DNA of 64,000 bases, from positions 330-64,329 of the forward strand of contig SHUF01000009.1 in assembly GCA_009694745.1 (NCBI GenBank). Reading direction: 5' to 3'. The DNA is from Acidobacteriota bacterium. Its GTDB lineage: Bacteria; Acidobacteriota; Vicinamibacteria; Vicinamibacterales; SCN-69-37. The notes under the pieces are model-generated. The model was not told where the DNA came from. It did not search any database and saw only the letters and a program-made list of their open reading frames with translations. Numbering within the stretch: the first letter of the stretch is position 1; the number at the start of each line of letters is the position of its first letter. This document shows, in pieces, positions 1-10,297 of this stretch. The position numbers and the translations under genes are program-made.

Positions 1-61
1 CTTCCTCGTCCGCGTCAAGGAACTGGTCGAAGACCCTGGAACACTTTTGCTTGAGTCATGA
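1..61 (+). CDS. sucB: 3' end of 2-oxoglutarate dehydrogenase E2 (dihydrolipoamide succinyltransferase), partial
   Basis: Frame starting at nt 2 reads FLVRVKELVEDPGTLLLES* (TGA 59-61), the characteristic SucB/OdhB C-terminus. Confidence 0.75.
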   Translation, partial: FLVRVKELVEDPGTLLLES

Positions 62-122
62 GGCTCTCGGTTACACGTGGCTCTCTTAACCTTCAGTCCT
101 TCATGCCTCGTGTGCTTTAAGC

Positions 123-131
123 TGCTAGGAT
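123..131 (+). promoter_or_regulatory. Extended -10 element (TGcTAGGAT) of a probable leaderless transcript
   Basis: TAGGAT at 126-131 preceded by TG, 7 nt upstream of GTG 139; no SD. Confidence 0.5.
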
Positions 132-138
132 CACCCGC

Positions 139-924
139 GTGAGTCGTCAAATGATGGTGGTGCTGGTGACGGTGGCGCTTGTGGGCGTGAGCGTCATAGT
201 GGGTCTCAACATGCAGTCCGGCCGATCCGAGCCGGCCCCGGCTGCACCGCCGGCGCCACCGACCAGCGATACGTCAGCGCCCGTGGCGCCCAGTGCGCCG
301 GTGGCCGCGCCCGAAACGCCACGAGCGGCACCGCGAACCGCGCCGGCGCCGAAACCCGCGGCAGTCGCCCCGCCGCCCGCGGTGGTCGAAGTGCCCACGA
401 CGGCCACGCTCCACATCACGAGTGATGTACCCGGCGCGCAGGTGTTCATCGACCGAAAGTTCATCGGCGTTGCGCCCGTGACCGCGGAGGAAGTGGCGCC
501 AGGCACCCGCCAGATCAACGTCTCGGCGCCCGGCTACGACGGTGTTGTCGAATCCCTGGACGTGGCAGCAGGACCGCGCGACGTCATGATCTCGCTCAAG
601 ACCATTCGGCTCGATGAGTCTATTGCCGTCACCCACAAACATGGGATGGGCTCCTGCAAGGGGCGCCTGATCGCGACGCCGGAGGGGCTGCGCTACGAAA
701 CCGACAACAAGAACGATGGCTTCACGGTGCCGCTGAGCGCGATTCAAACGTTCACCGCGGACTTTTTGGCGAAGAACCTCAAGCTGAAGATCAAGGGCGG
801 ACGTTCGTACGACTTCACGGATCCGGGCGGCAAGGCCGATCCGCTCTACCTGTTTCAGCAAGCCGTTGAAAAAGCGCGCGCCAAGCTGGCCGCCGGCAAG
901 GACCTGCCGCAGGCGATGCGATGA
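139..924 (+). CDS. Membrane-anchored PEGA-domain protein
   Basis: N-terminal TM, Pro/Ala linker, PEGA motif LHITSDVPGAQVFID...GVAP...APGY. Confidence 0.8.
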   Translation: MSRQMMVVLVTVALVGVSVIVGLNMQSGRSEPAPAAPPAPPTSDTSAPVAPSAPVAAPETPRAAPRTAPAPKPAAVAPPPAVVEVPTTATLHITSDVPGAQVFIDRKFIGVAPVTAEEVAPGTRQINVSAPGYDGVVESLDVAAGPRDVMISLKTIRLDESIAVTHKHGMGSCKGRLIATPEGLRYETDNKNDGFTVPLSAIQTFTADFLAKNLKLKIKGGRSYDFTDPGGKADPLYLFQQAVEKARAKLAAGKDLPQAMR

Positions 925-1337
925 AGGTCATTTCGGCCATTTCGGTCATTGCTGCCTTGTCGGGCTCGGCTGCCTGCGGGCCGTCGGTGTCCGATCACGA
1001 CAATCGAATTTTCTCGTTGCCGGCTTCGGTGAAACTTTCGGCCGTTGACCTGTCGTCGGCCTACGCGGCCGATGCCGGCGCGGCGGATGGTCGTTATCGC
1101 GGCCGCGTCATCGAGATCAGCGGCGTGATCCGGGGGCTGCGACCTGACGCGACCGCCGTGAACATGGCGGGCGCCGAAGTGGGCCCGGTGGTCGAGGCGT
1201 CAATTCACGACGACGTCGCGGCGCAGGTGCTCAAGGGCGTCGCCGACGGACAGCGCCTGACGCTGAAGTGTTTTTGTGAGGGACTGGACCAACACGTGCG
1301 GCTGAAGAGTTGCGTCGCGCCAGACCCTGTTCGCTGA
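921..1337 (+). CDS. OB-fold (tRNA_anti-like) putative lipoprotein
   Basis: Signal peptide ending SAAC; AY..D..AAD.RYRGRVIEISGVI pattern; ATGA overlap with upstream gene. Confidence 0.65.
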   Translation: MKVISAISVIAALSGSAACGPSVSDHDNRIFSLPASVKLSAVDLSSAYAADAGAADGRYRGRVIEISGVIRGLRPDATAVNMAGAEVGPVVEASIHDDVAAQVLKGVADGQRLTLKCFCEGLDQHVRLKSCVAPDPVR

Positions 1338-1341
1338 TCCC

Positions 1342-3264
1342 ATGGCTTCATATACCGCAAAAGACATTACGGTTCTCGAAGGGCTTGAACCCGTTCGCCG
1401 GCGCCCCGGCATGTACATCGGCGGCGTTGGATCCTCGGGGCTGCACCACCTGGTGTGGGAGGTGTTGGACAACTCCGTGGACGAGGCGATGAACGGACAT
1501 GCCTCGCACATTGAAGTGACCCTGCACGCCGACGGCGCGTCGATGACGGTGTCAGACGACGGGCGCGGGATTCCGGTGGATAAACACCCGACCACCAAGA
1601 CCAGCGCGTTGGAAGTGATCTTCACCACCCTGCACGCGGGCGGCAAGTTCGAGGGGCAGAACTACAAGACCGCCGGCGGCTTGCACGGGGTTGGCGCATC
1701 GGTCGTGAATGCCCTGTCGCGCGAACTGGTGGCGACGATCAAACGTGATGGCGCCACCTGGCAGCAGAAGTACAAACAGGGCGTGCCGCAGGGTGATGTC
1801 AAGAAACTGGGCCCCGCCCGAGGCACCGGTACCACCGTGTTCTTCCGGCCTGATTCCACGATCTTTCCGAAGACACAGTTTGAAGCCGCGGTCATTCGCG
1901 AGCGCATTGAAGTGTCGAGCTACCTGCACAAGGGGCTCAAGGTGGTCTTCGAAAACGAAGCGGCCATCGGCGATGAACCGCGGCACGAGGAGTTCCAGCA
2001 CAGCGAAGGCATTGCCGACTACCTGAAGAAGATCCTGACCGAGCGCCACGCGCGCGCGGTGCACGAACAGCCGTTCACGGTCACGCGTGATCATGATGAA
2101 ACGGGCTTGAAGCTCGATGTGGTGCTGCAGTGGACCGAGTCCACAGACGAACATCTTCGCAGCTATGTGAACGGCATTCCCACGGGATCCGGCGGTACGC
2201 ACGAAAACGGCCTGCGAGCCGGGTTGGGCAAGGCCATCCGCAACTTCATCGAGACGCACACGCTGTCACCCAAAGGCGTGACGCTGACGGCCGAGGATCT
2301 GCGCGAAGGCATGACGGGTGTGCTCAGCATCTTCATCGCCGAGCCGCAATTTCAGGGACAGACCAAAGACCGGCTCAACAACCCGGAGGTCTCAAACATC
2401 GTGGACTCGATGGTGCGGCCCGCGCTGGAGCACTGGCTGAACCAGAACCGGAGCACGGCCGAGCAGATCATCGCGCGCATCATCCTGGCGGCGCGTGCGC
2501 GAGAGGCTAGTCGCGCGGCGCAGGCTGAAGTCACCCGCAAGTCCGCCACATCGTCACGACTGACGCTTCCCGGGAAGCTGAGCGACTGCACGTCGCCCGG
2601 CCGCGAGGAAAGCGAACTCTTCATCGTCGAAGGTGACTCGGCCGGCGGGTCGGCCAAGCAGGGGCGGGACCGTGCGCGGCAGGCTATTCTGCCGCTGCGC
2701 GGTAAAGTGCTCAACACCGAAAGCGCCAGCACGGCAAAGGTACTCGAGAACAAGGAACTGTCGGACCTGGTCACGGCCCTTGGCTGCGGCATCGGCAAGG
2801 GATTCGAACTCTCGCGGCTTCGGTACGGCCGGGTCATCATCCTGGCGGACGCAGATTCGGACGGCCATCATATCGCGACACTGTTGTTGACGTTCATTTA
2901 CCGTCACATGCCGCAGCTCATCACGGCCGGCCGCGTGTACCTGGCGCAGCCGCCCTTGTACCGCATCGATATCGGCAAAGAGACGTTCTGGGCCACCGAC
3001 GATCACCACAGGGATCAGATCCTGGGTCGCCCCGGTGCCAAGGGCAAGGTGGACATCACGCGCTTCAAGGGATTGGGCGAGATGATGCCCAAGGTTCTGT
3101 GGGAGACGACGATGAATCCGCGGACACGCCGGTTGCTGCGTGTGGGCATTGAAGACGCCATTGTCACGGACCGGATCATCAATGAATTGATGGGCAAGGA
3201 CCCGTCGGCGCGGTTTAGGTTCATCATGGAACACGCTGAAGCCGCCGAAGAACTCGACGTGTGA
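1342..3264 (+). CDS. parE: Type IIA DNA topoisomerase subunit B (ParE/GyrB family, short form)
   Basis: GLEPVRRRPGMYIG, DNSVDE, GGLHGVG, EGDSAGG, PLRGK, DADSDG, RFKGLGEM; 640 aa; parE versus gyrB not certain. Confidence 0.9.
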   Translation: MASYTAKDITVLEGLEPVRRRPGMYIGGVGSSGLHHLVWEVLDNSVDEAMNGHASHIEVTLHADGASMTVSDDGRGIPVDKHPTTKTSALEVIFTTLHAGGKFEGQNYKTAGGLHGVGASVVNALSRELVATIKRDGATWQQKYKQGVPQGDVKKLGPARGTGTTVFFRPDSTIFPKTQFEAAVIRERIEVSSYLHKGLKVVFENEAAIGDEPRHEEFQHSEGIADYLKKILTERHARAVHEQPFTVTRDHDETGLKLDVVLQWTESTDEHLRSYVNGIPTGSGGTHENGLRAGLGKAIRNFIETHTLSPKGVTLTAEDLREGMTGVLSIFIAEPQFQGQTKDRLNNPEVSNIVDSMVRPALEHWLNQNRSTAEQIIARIILAARAREASRAAQAEVTRKSATSSRLTLPGKLSDCTSPGREESELFIVEGDSAGGSAKQGRDRARQAILPLRGKVLNTESASTAKVLENKELSDLVTALGCGIGKGFELSRLRYGRVIILADADSDGHHIATLLLTFIYRHMPQLITAGRVYLAQPPLYRIDIGKETFWATDDHHRDQILGRPGAKGKVDITRFKGLGEMMPKVLWETTMNPRTRRLLRVGIEDAIVTDRIINELMGKDPSARFRFIMEHAEAAEELDV

Positions 3265-3662
3265 TGCGAGGGCTGGCGCGGCGCCTGATCGGCGTCTGGC
3301 TGATGGTCGACGGAGCGCTGACCGGCATGTGGTTCAGCGGGCTGGCCGATTCGCTGGGCGGCCGCGACGCCGTGTCGGTGACCATGATGGCGGCCAGGGT
3401 GATGGTGGCGGCGTTGTCCATGGTCGCCGGCTGGCTGGTGACCCAGCGGCGCCCTCAGGGCACGCCGCTCGCAGTGGCCGCACTGACCCTCATCGCAGCC
3501 TTTGGTCTTTTTAGCGCGTGGACCGGTGTATTGCCGAGTAATCTGGATCCCTCGTTTCGCGGGCCCGCGGCACTGCTGCAGGCTGTGATCGCTGCGGTGG
3601 CGATCCTTTTCCTGCGATTCGACGCCCAGGAGACCCGGCCCGATGGCACCACTCGCGCTTGA
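3261..3662 (+). CDS. Small integral membrane protein (about 4 TM)
   Basis: Hydrophobic ORF overlapping both neighbours. Confidence 0.65.
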   Translation: MMRGLARRLIGVWLMVDGALTGMWFSGLADSLGGRDAVSVTMMAARVMVAALSMVAGWLVTQRRPQGTPLAVAALTLIAAFGLFSAWTGVLPSNLDPSFRGPAALLQAVIAAVAILFLRFDAQETRPDGTTRA

Positions 3663-4413
3663 GACCACAGGACTGCGCAAGACCTTCGGCGACCTAGTGG
3701 CCGTTGACGGTATCGCGCTGGCCGTGCCGACCGGCAGCTTCTATGGGTTCCTCGGGCCAAACGGCGCGGGCAAGTCCACCACGATCAAGTGCCTGACCGG
3801 GCTGATGACGCCGACGGCGGGCACCTTCCGCATTCTCGGCACCGACCCGATGGCCGACCCGGTTGCCGTGAAGCGCAAGATCGGCGTCGTACCCGAAGAC
3901 CTGGCGTTGTTCGATCGATTAACGGGTACCGAAACCCTGTCGTTTGTCGGCCAGGTGCACGGGATCGAGCCGGCGCAGGTGCGCACGCGCGCGGGCGAGC
4001 TGCTGACGCTCATGGACTTGACCAAGTCCGCAGGCGAGATGGTGGCTGACTATTCGCACGGCATGCGCAAGAAGCTGGCCTTGTCGGTGGCCTTGCTGCC
4101 GGCGCCGCGCATGTTGTTTCTCGACGAACCGTTCGAAGGCATTGACGCGGTGGCCGCTCGCCAGATTCGGCAACTGCTGTTGCAGTATGTGAAGGGCGGC
4201 GGCACCATCTTCCTGACGTCGCACATTCTCGAGATCGTCGAACGCCTCTGCGACCACATCGGTGTGATCCAGAAGGGCCGTCTCGTGGCGCAAGGGCCGG
4301 TGGCCGAGTTGCGCGCCGGTGCGGGCGGCATGAAGACGCTCGAAGAGCTGTTCCTGGAATTGGTGGATACCGAGCGCTCGGCGATGCCCACGATGGACTG
4401 GCTCGCGGGATGA
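3643..4413 (+). CDS. ABC transporter ATP-binding protein
   Basis: Walker A GPNGAGKST, signature YSHGM, Walker B LFLDEP, H-loop TSH. Confidence 0.95.
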   Translation: MAPLALETTGLRKTFGDLVAVDGIALAVPTGSFYGFLGPNGAGKSTTIKCLTGLMTPTAGTFRILGTDPMADPVAVKRKIGVVPEDLALFDRLTGTETLSFVGQVHGIEPAQVRTRAGELLTLMDLTKSAGEMVADYSHGMRKKLALSVALLPAPRMLFLDEPFEGIDAVAARQIRQLLLQYVKGGGTIFLTSHILEIVERLCDHIGVIQKGRLVAQGPVAELRAGAGGMKTLEELFLELVDTERSAMPTMDWLAG

Positions 4414-6116
4414 TCCGGTTTCTTCGCGCGTTTGCCTGGCTGCGCTGGCGGCTGTTGCTCAACGGCGTCCGCAGCGGCCGTCGGCGAGACGCACTCGAGC
4501 AAGTCTCCCGCCTCCTCGCGCTCATCGTCCCCGCGCTCATCGTGGTCATGTCGCTGGGTTCGATCATCCTGGTGGCACTCGGCGGGCTGATCGGCGGAAA
4601 TGCGCTGGCCACGGGCCGGTTCGCCGCTCCTGACGTCATCATCTTTGTCGCGCGTGCGCTCTTGTTCGGTGCCACCGCGCTTGTGGTGTTCATGCCCATT
4701 GGCGGCGCCGCGCAAACCACGGGGACAAAGTACTCACGGCTGTTGCTATTGCCCATTCCCACGCGCGGCCTGCACCTGGTGGAGGTGGTGGCGGGGTTGG
4801 CTGATCCATGGATTCTGTTTACGCTGCCTGGCCTTGCGCTCTTTGCCGCGGGTCTGGCGTGGGGCGGGCGAATGGATCTGGCGGCCATCGCAGCTGTGGC
4901 GGGTATGGCCCTTGCCGTAGTGCTGGCGTCCATGGCTGCGCTCGTCAGTTTTTCTGTGAGTTGGCTGTTTCGCGACCGTCGCCGTGCCGAGCTGCTGACG
5001 ATCATCGCGGTGATGTCGATCTCCGTAGTCGCTTTGTTGCCGCAGTTCCTGAACGATGCCGAGAGCGGAATGCGGCGAAGAGGTGGCGCCAGGGGCAGCG
5101 GGCCAATCACCGTGGCCCGCATCGAATCAATGCTGCCGGCGTGGTCGCAGGTGCTGCCCTCCGAACTGTTTGGTGGGGCCATGACCAGCGCCGTGGTGAA
5201 TGGCGATCGGCGAGCGGCCATGAGTTGGGTTGCCGTGCTCGTGGCCGAAGGCATCGTGTTCTTCTGGCTGTCGGGACTTGTGCATCGCCGATTGCTTGAA
5301 GCGGCTGGCGGATTGACCAGCCGCCGACAACGCATGGCGCGAATGCGTCCACCCTGGCGTCTGCCCCCCGTGAGCCCACAAGCGATGGCCGTTGCGTGGG
5401 TGATGGTCAACGGGGGACTGCGATCGGTGCGCGGCCGCGTCGCGGTGCTGTTGCCCGGCCCGATGATGGCGCTCGTGTCGCTCGTCGTGCTCCGAAAGCC
5501 CGACGAGGCGCCGTGGATTGCCATGCTCGGCACCCACAGTCATTTGTTGTTTGGCGTGAGTTTGTTTGTGGCGATCTTTGCCATCCAGCCCTTCACGATG
5601 AACCAGTTCTCGTCAGATCGAGCCGGCCTGACCCTGCAGTTTCTGATGCCAGTCAGCTCTGTCGATCTGGTGCGCGGCAAGGCCATTGCGGGCGGCGCGT
5701 TGGTTCTGATCGCAGCAGTGATTTCAGGTGTGGCGGCCGCCGTCGCCACCGGGGGTGGACTGCCGGTGGCGTGGGTGATGACCCTGGTTGGTGGCCTGGC
5801 CACCTACGTGACGATCACGCCGATCGCGGCCCTTATGTCCGCGGTGTTTCCCGTGGCGGCCGACATGAGCAAGGCCGGCTCCGGAGGCAATCCGCATACG
5901 GCCTCAGCCTTGATCGGCATGTTCGCAGGGTGCGCCGCGATCCTGCCCGTGCTGATCATCGCGGTGCCCGGGCTGTTGCCTGGTGCGACGCCGGTCGGAA
6001 GGCTGTTGGCGATGGCCCTGTGGCTCGCGGTCGTGACGGCCGTGGCATGGCTGTTGCTGGCGCTCATCTCGCGCGTGGTCATGGCCCGCCGCGAGAATCT
6101 CTTTTTGACGAAGTGA
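4410..6116 (+). CDS. ABC exporter permease (duplicated ABC-2-like membrane domains)
   Basis: 568 aa multi-TM ORF translationally coupled to the ABC ATPase. Confidence 0.8.
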   Translation: MIRFLRAFAWLRWRLLLNGVRSGRRRDALEQVSRLLALIVPALIVVMSLGSIILVALGGLIGGNALATGRFAAPDVIIFVARALLFGATALVVFMPIGGAAQTTGTKYSRLLLLPIPTRGLHLVEVVAGLADPWILFTLPGLALFAAGLAWGGRMDLAAIAAVAGMALAVVLASMAALVSFSVSWLFRDRRRAELLTIIAVMSISVVALLPQFLNDAESGMRRRGGARGSGPITVARIESMLPAWSQVLPSELFGGAMTSAVVNGDRRAAMSWVAVLVAEGIVFFWLSGLVHRRLLEAAGGLTSRRQRMARMRPPWRLPPVSPQAMAVAWVMVNGGLRSVRGRVAVLLPGPMMALVSLVVLRKPDEAPWIAMLGTHSHLLFGVSLFVAIFAIQPFTMNQFSSDRAGLTLQFLMPVSSVDLVRGKAIAGGALVLIAAVISGVAAAVATGGGLPVAWVMTLVGGLATYVTITPIAALMSAVFPVAADMSKAGSGGNPHTASALIGMFAGCAAILPVLIIAVPGLLPGATPVGRLLAMALWLAVVTAVAWLLLALISRVVMARRENLFLTK

Positions 6117-6146
6117 GAAAACTACCTCAGAGGTCGTTTTCTCACT
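6112..6146. repeat. Palindromic repeat family A (AAAAC[T/G]ACCTC-n-GAGGTCGTTTT), probable bidirectional terminator/REP
   Basis: agtgagaaaactacctc-a-gaggtcgttttctcact: 17-bp arms, 1 mismatch, between convergent stop codons. Confidence 0.85.
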
Positions 6147-6844
6147 CACCCCACGAACTTGTACCCCAGCCTGTGCAGCGTCAGCACATACTGCGGGTTG
6201 CGCGGGTTGGGCTCGATCTTCTGGCGCAGCCATGCGACGCGTACATCCACCGTGCGCGTGGACGGCATCGAGTGGTAGCCCCACACTTCATTGAGCAACT
6301 CGTCCCGCGTGAGCGTCGCTTCCCGATGCTCGATGAAGTACTTCAAGAGCAGGAACTCGCGCGCTGACAAATCGAGTTCCACACCGTCCTTGAGCACCTG
6401 CGCCTTGCGGAAGTCCACGCTGATGTTGCCGAAGTGGTAGGGCGTGGTGCCGCTCTGCGTGGACGACGCGCGCCGCAGCTGCACTTCGATTCGCGCCATC
6501 AGCTCGAGCATGTCGAACAGCTTGGTGAGATAATCGTCGGCCCCGAGTTTCAGGCCCAGCACCTTGTCCAGGATCTGCCCGCGCGCGGTCAGCATGATGA
6601 CCGGCGTCGTGATGCTCCGCTGCCGGAGGTCGCGTCACACATCGAAGCCGTTCGCCTCAGGCAGCATCACGTCGAGCAGAATGACGTCCCACGATTCCCG
6701 CGTGGCGCGCTCAAGGCCTGCGGGGCCGTCCGACGCCGCGGCCACCTCGTACCCTTCGCTCGTGAGCCGATCGGTCAACGTCAGCACAAGGCCCGGCCCA
6801 TCCTCGATGAGCAGCACTCGGCGGGCGCGCACAGATGTGGCCAT
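6146..6844 (-). pseudogene. OmpR/PhoB-family response regulator pseudogene
   Basis: REC plus winged helix read in one frame through TGA at 6637-6635 (GFDV*RDLR, Cys expected); conserved KPF degraded to KLF. Confidence 0.85.
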
Positions 6845-8632
6845 CAGACGCCCGCCAGATCGGCGGCTACGGGCAACTGAATGGTGAATGTGGCGCCTTG
6901 CTTCGGGATGGAAGCCACCGTCACCCGTCCGCCATGTGATTCAGCGACACGAGGCTCAGACCGAGCCCGTTCCCTTGAATCTGCTGACTGGTCGCGTGGC
7001 GCATGTGATAGAAGGGTTCGAAGATGTGGGGCAGGTCTGCAGCTTCGATGCCACGTCCACGGTCCGAGACCGTGATGTGTACCTCTTCCCGGCCGTCCGC
7101 CATACTCCGCGTCACACCGAGACCCACCCAGCGGCCTTCGCCGCCGTATTTCAGCGCGTTGGTCAGCAGGTTCGAGACCGCTCGACGCAGGGCCTCCTCG
7201 TCGCCCAGGACCAAGGGCACGTCCTCGTCAACCGTGACATCGGCCTCCGCATGCGCTGCGGCAATCAGGGCCCCAGACGACTCAACCACGTCCCTCACAA
7301 TCGCCACGACATCCACGGCTCTGAGAGACAGCGCGCGTCGCTGGCCCGTCAAACCAGCGAATTCCAGAACCTCTTCCACCATGTCCGTCAGGCGGCGTCC
7401 CTCCGACTCGATGAGTTCGCCGTACCGCTTGGCTCGCACCGGGTCGTCCACGACGCCCGCCGACAGATTCTGCGCGGCGGATCGAATCACCGCCAAAGGC
7501 GTACGGAGCTCGTGCGACACCGTGGCGACAAAATCCATCTGTTGCGCGGCCAGTTTCTCAGACCGGCGCGCATTGACGACGATGATGCCGACGCCGAAGG
7601 CGAGCACCGAGAGAATGCTGAAGCTGATGACCACGTTCCTTCGGCGCGCCTGCGCAACCGCCGCATCAAGCGACCCGGCACCGTGGCGCAGCGCGATGTG
7701 CCAGCCGCCAAACGTGGTGATCATCGAGGGCTCCACCAGTCTTGTTCCCGACACGGAGCGCCCCACCACAATCGCCATACTGCCCTCGGTCGGCGCCCGT
7801 ACGCGCGTCGCCATTTCAGTGATGGCGCCGGCGCGCCGGTCGAAGGTGGCCGTATTGAATTGCCAGGAGTTGAAGGCCCCAAGAGTCTGGGCCGTCAGAT
7901 CAAGGTGCGGCGACGAAAAAAACGACGCCAGGGCATCCGCAGTACCTATCATCACCGATTCCGAAGCTGCGGCTCCGCGGACGTATAGCGGCGTCTGGCC
8001 GCTGCCCCTGATGCTGATTAGATACTGGCCCGCATCGCCTTCCGGGAAATGCCGCTCCACAAGTTCCGGCAGAACCTGCGTGACGAGCACGTCCTTATCC
8101 AACTCCACGATGATGGCCTCACTCGACGGTTGTTGAATCGCCATCGTGACGTTGGCGCCGGCGCTGATCCGCTGCGGTGGCTGAATCACAGGGATGATCA
8201 ACGCGGGAACGCTTTCGACGACGCTCGCGCGGCCGATCGAGAGCACATGTGTTGCGGCCGGCGCGCCTGCAGACTTTGCGGGCACGTGGTGAAACACGCG
8301 AAGCACAGGCGCCAGATGACTGGGCCAATCAAGCACCTGGCCCGCGCCAGACCCAACCACCAGCTGTTCGAGCACTGGCGGCTTGCCCGCGTCGCCCGGG
8401 CGGCTGAAGTAGATCGCTTTGACGAGGTCTGGATGCGGCGCCTGTTTCTGCCACGAGCCGAACCTCGAGTCCATCGACGTCCACAACTCATCCCCGACCG
8501 ATTTTTGCGTGGCACCCGGCAGCGCGTAGGCCAGCCCGATTTCCTTGTCAAAATCGGCGGCAAACTCCTGCGCGCGTTGGTTCAACGACCGCTGCAGCTG
8601 TGCGCGTTCCGCTTCACTCACCTGTCCTACCC
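6844..8632 (-). pseudogene. Sensor histidine kinase pseudogene (5'-truncated, frameshifted)
   Basis: VSHELRTPL, NLLTNALKY, DRGRG, GLGL present; start and first TM missing upstream of GQVSEAER; frameshift near 6947, with the C-terminus AESHGGRVTV...GATFTIQLP in another frame ending at a TGA that overlaps the regulator ATG. Confidence 0.85.
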
Positions 8633-8906
8633 GTGGGGTTTCGGCACCCGTCCTCAGAGTGGCGGCGGCGGAGGCGGCGCCACCACGGTGATGATCGGCG
8701 GCGGTGGTGGGGGCATGGCGGCCGGCTTCGGCGGCGGCGCCGCCGACAAGCGGTTCCGTGTCGAGCTGTACCTGTCGGCTCAGAACCTGCTCAATCGCGC
8801 GAACTACGTCGGCTACAGCGGCGTGATCACCTCGCCGTTCTTCGGCCAACCGACAAACGTCATGAACCCCCGCAAGCTCCAGGTGGGGATGCGGTTCGGG
8901 TTTTAG
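8633..8906 (+). pseudogene. C-terminal remnant of a TonB-dependent receptor-like outer-membrane barrel
   Basis: WGFG...RFRVELYLSAQNLLNRANY...SPFFGQP....NPRKLQVGMRFGF* with terminal-Phe beta signal; no start or N-terminal part. Confidence 0.75.
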
Positions 8907-8907
8907 G

Positions 8908-8958
8908 GTCCAGAGTTCAGAGTCCAGCGGTCGGAGGTCCCGGGCTTGAGCCCGGGAC
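8908..8958. repeat. Three heptamer units (GTCCAGA-like) followed by a REP-like hairpin
   Basis: GTCCAGA GTTCAGA GTCCAGC (8908-8928); gtcccgggct-tg-agcccgggac (8937-8958). Confidence 0.65.
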
Positions 8959-8986
8959 AACAATCGCGGATAAACTCACGCGAACC

Positions 8987-10297
8987 ATGGACGCTCCCAC
9001 ACCTTCGAGCGAGGTAGCCGCCGTGGAGCCTGCGCCCGCGTGGCGACTGGCGACGCGTGTCGCGTTCCGCTTCTGCTTCATCTACTTCGGCCTGTACATC
9101 CTGCTGACGCAGATGATTTTCATCCCATTCATTCCTCCGCTACAGGCGCTCCCTCCCGTAGAACCAACGGTGAAGTGGGTGATCAAGAACATCTTCCACG
9201 ATGACCGCACGCTCCAGGTCTTCGGCGGCAGCGGCGACAAGATGTTCGACTGGGTCTTTGCCTTCACCCTCCTCGTCTTCTCATCCATCGTCACGCTGCT
9301 GTGGTCGGTGGTCGACCGCCGCAGGCCGCACTACATCCGCCTTCAGAAGTGGTTCCGCGTCTACGTCCGGTTCGGCGTCGCGACGACGATGGTGGGGTAC
9401 GGGATGGCGAAGGCGATTCCACTCCAGATGCCGGAGCCGTCGTTGACGCGCCTGTTAGAGCCGTACGGAAATTTCTCGCCGATGGGCGTGTTGTGGGCTT
9501 CGATCGGCGCGTCATTTCCATACGAGCGGGTGGTGGGCTTCGCGGAACTACTTGCGGCGGTCCTGCTGTTCATCCCCAATACTGTCGTGCTGGGAGGCGT
9601 CGTTTCACTGTTTGACGCCACGCAGATCTTCGCCCTCAACATGACTTATGACGTGCCGGTCAAGTTGTTTGCGTTCCACCTAGTCCTGTTATCGCTCCTG
9701 CTGCTTGCGCCAGACGCCCACCGCCTGCTGAACCTGTTTGTGTTCAACAAGACCGTAGAGCCGTCGCGGCAGCCGCCGCTCGGCCGTCGGCGCAGGGTCA
9801 TCCAGTTCGGCGTCGCCATGCAGCTCCTGCTGGGGGGCTACTTCTTTTGGACCGCCTATTCGAACAACAGTCAGGCGTGGATCACCCGCGGCGCCGGCGC
9901 TCCGCGTCCGCCTCTCTATGGTGTCTGGGTGATCGACAAGATGACCATCAATGGCGTGGAACGCGCGCCGCTTGTGACCGACTACGATCGCTGGAGGCGC
10001 GTGGTGATTCAGTCTGGGGCCACCATGAACTTCTGGCGCATGGACGACACCACGTTGGGCATGCCCGCACAGTACGACATCGCGAAAAAAACGATCACGC
10101 TCACGCAGGGAACCGGCGCCCAGGCCAAGACGCTGGGCGCCTTCGCTTTTGAACAACCCGCGCTTGACCGGCTGGTGCTCGACAGTGAGTTGAACGGCAA
10201 GAAGATTCGGATGGAAACGCGACTCTTCCCGCGCGAGAGCTTTCCCCTGGTCACGCGCGGGTTCAACTGGATCCAGAAGTTCCCGTTCAATCGGTGA
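8987..10297 (+). CDS. DoxX-family membrane protein
   Basis: ATG 8987; multi-TM; YGMAK...FSPMGVLW...NMTYDVPVK pattern. Confidence 0.75.
   Translation: MDAPTPSSEVAAVEPAPAWRLATRVAFRFCFIYFGLYILLTQMIFIPFIPPLQALPPVEPTVKWVIKNIFHDDRTLQVFGGSGDKMFDWVFAFTLLVFSSIVTLLWSVVDRRRPHYIRLQKWFRVYVRFGVATTMVGYGMAKAIPLQMPEPSLTRLLEPYGNFSPMGVLWASIGASFPYERVVGFAELLAAVLLFIPNTVVLGGVVSLFDATQIFALNMTYDVPVKLFAFHLVLLSLLLLAPDAHRLLNLFVFNKTVEPSRQPPLGRRRRVIQFGVAMQLLLGGYFFWTAYSNNSQAWITRGAGAPRPPLYGVWVIDKMTINGVERAPLVTDYDRWRRVVIQSGATMNFWRMDDTTLGMPAQYDIAKKTITLTQGTGAQAKTLGAFAFEQPALDRLVLDSELNGKKIRMETRLFPRESFPLVTRGFNWIQKFPFNR

Noticed and set aside
6610-6640. Selenocysteine at the in-frame TGA replacing Cys in the response regulator
   Set aside because: The downstream hairpin (ctccg-gcag-cggag) is only 5 bp and too close to the UGA for a typical bacterial SECIS. 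The gene has other damaging substitutions (KPF>KLF) and its cognate kinase is truncated.
6921-8963. 680-aa kinase ORF with a novel N-terminal domain
   Set aside because: Its first ~110 aa are the antisense of the TonB-receptor remnant and adjacent repeats; this is a deletion chimera.
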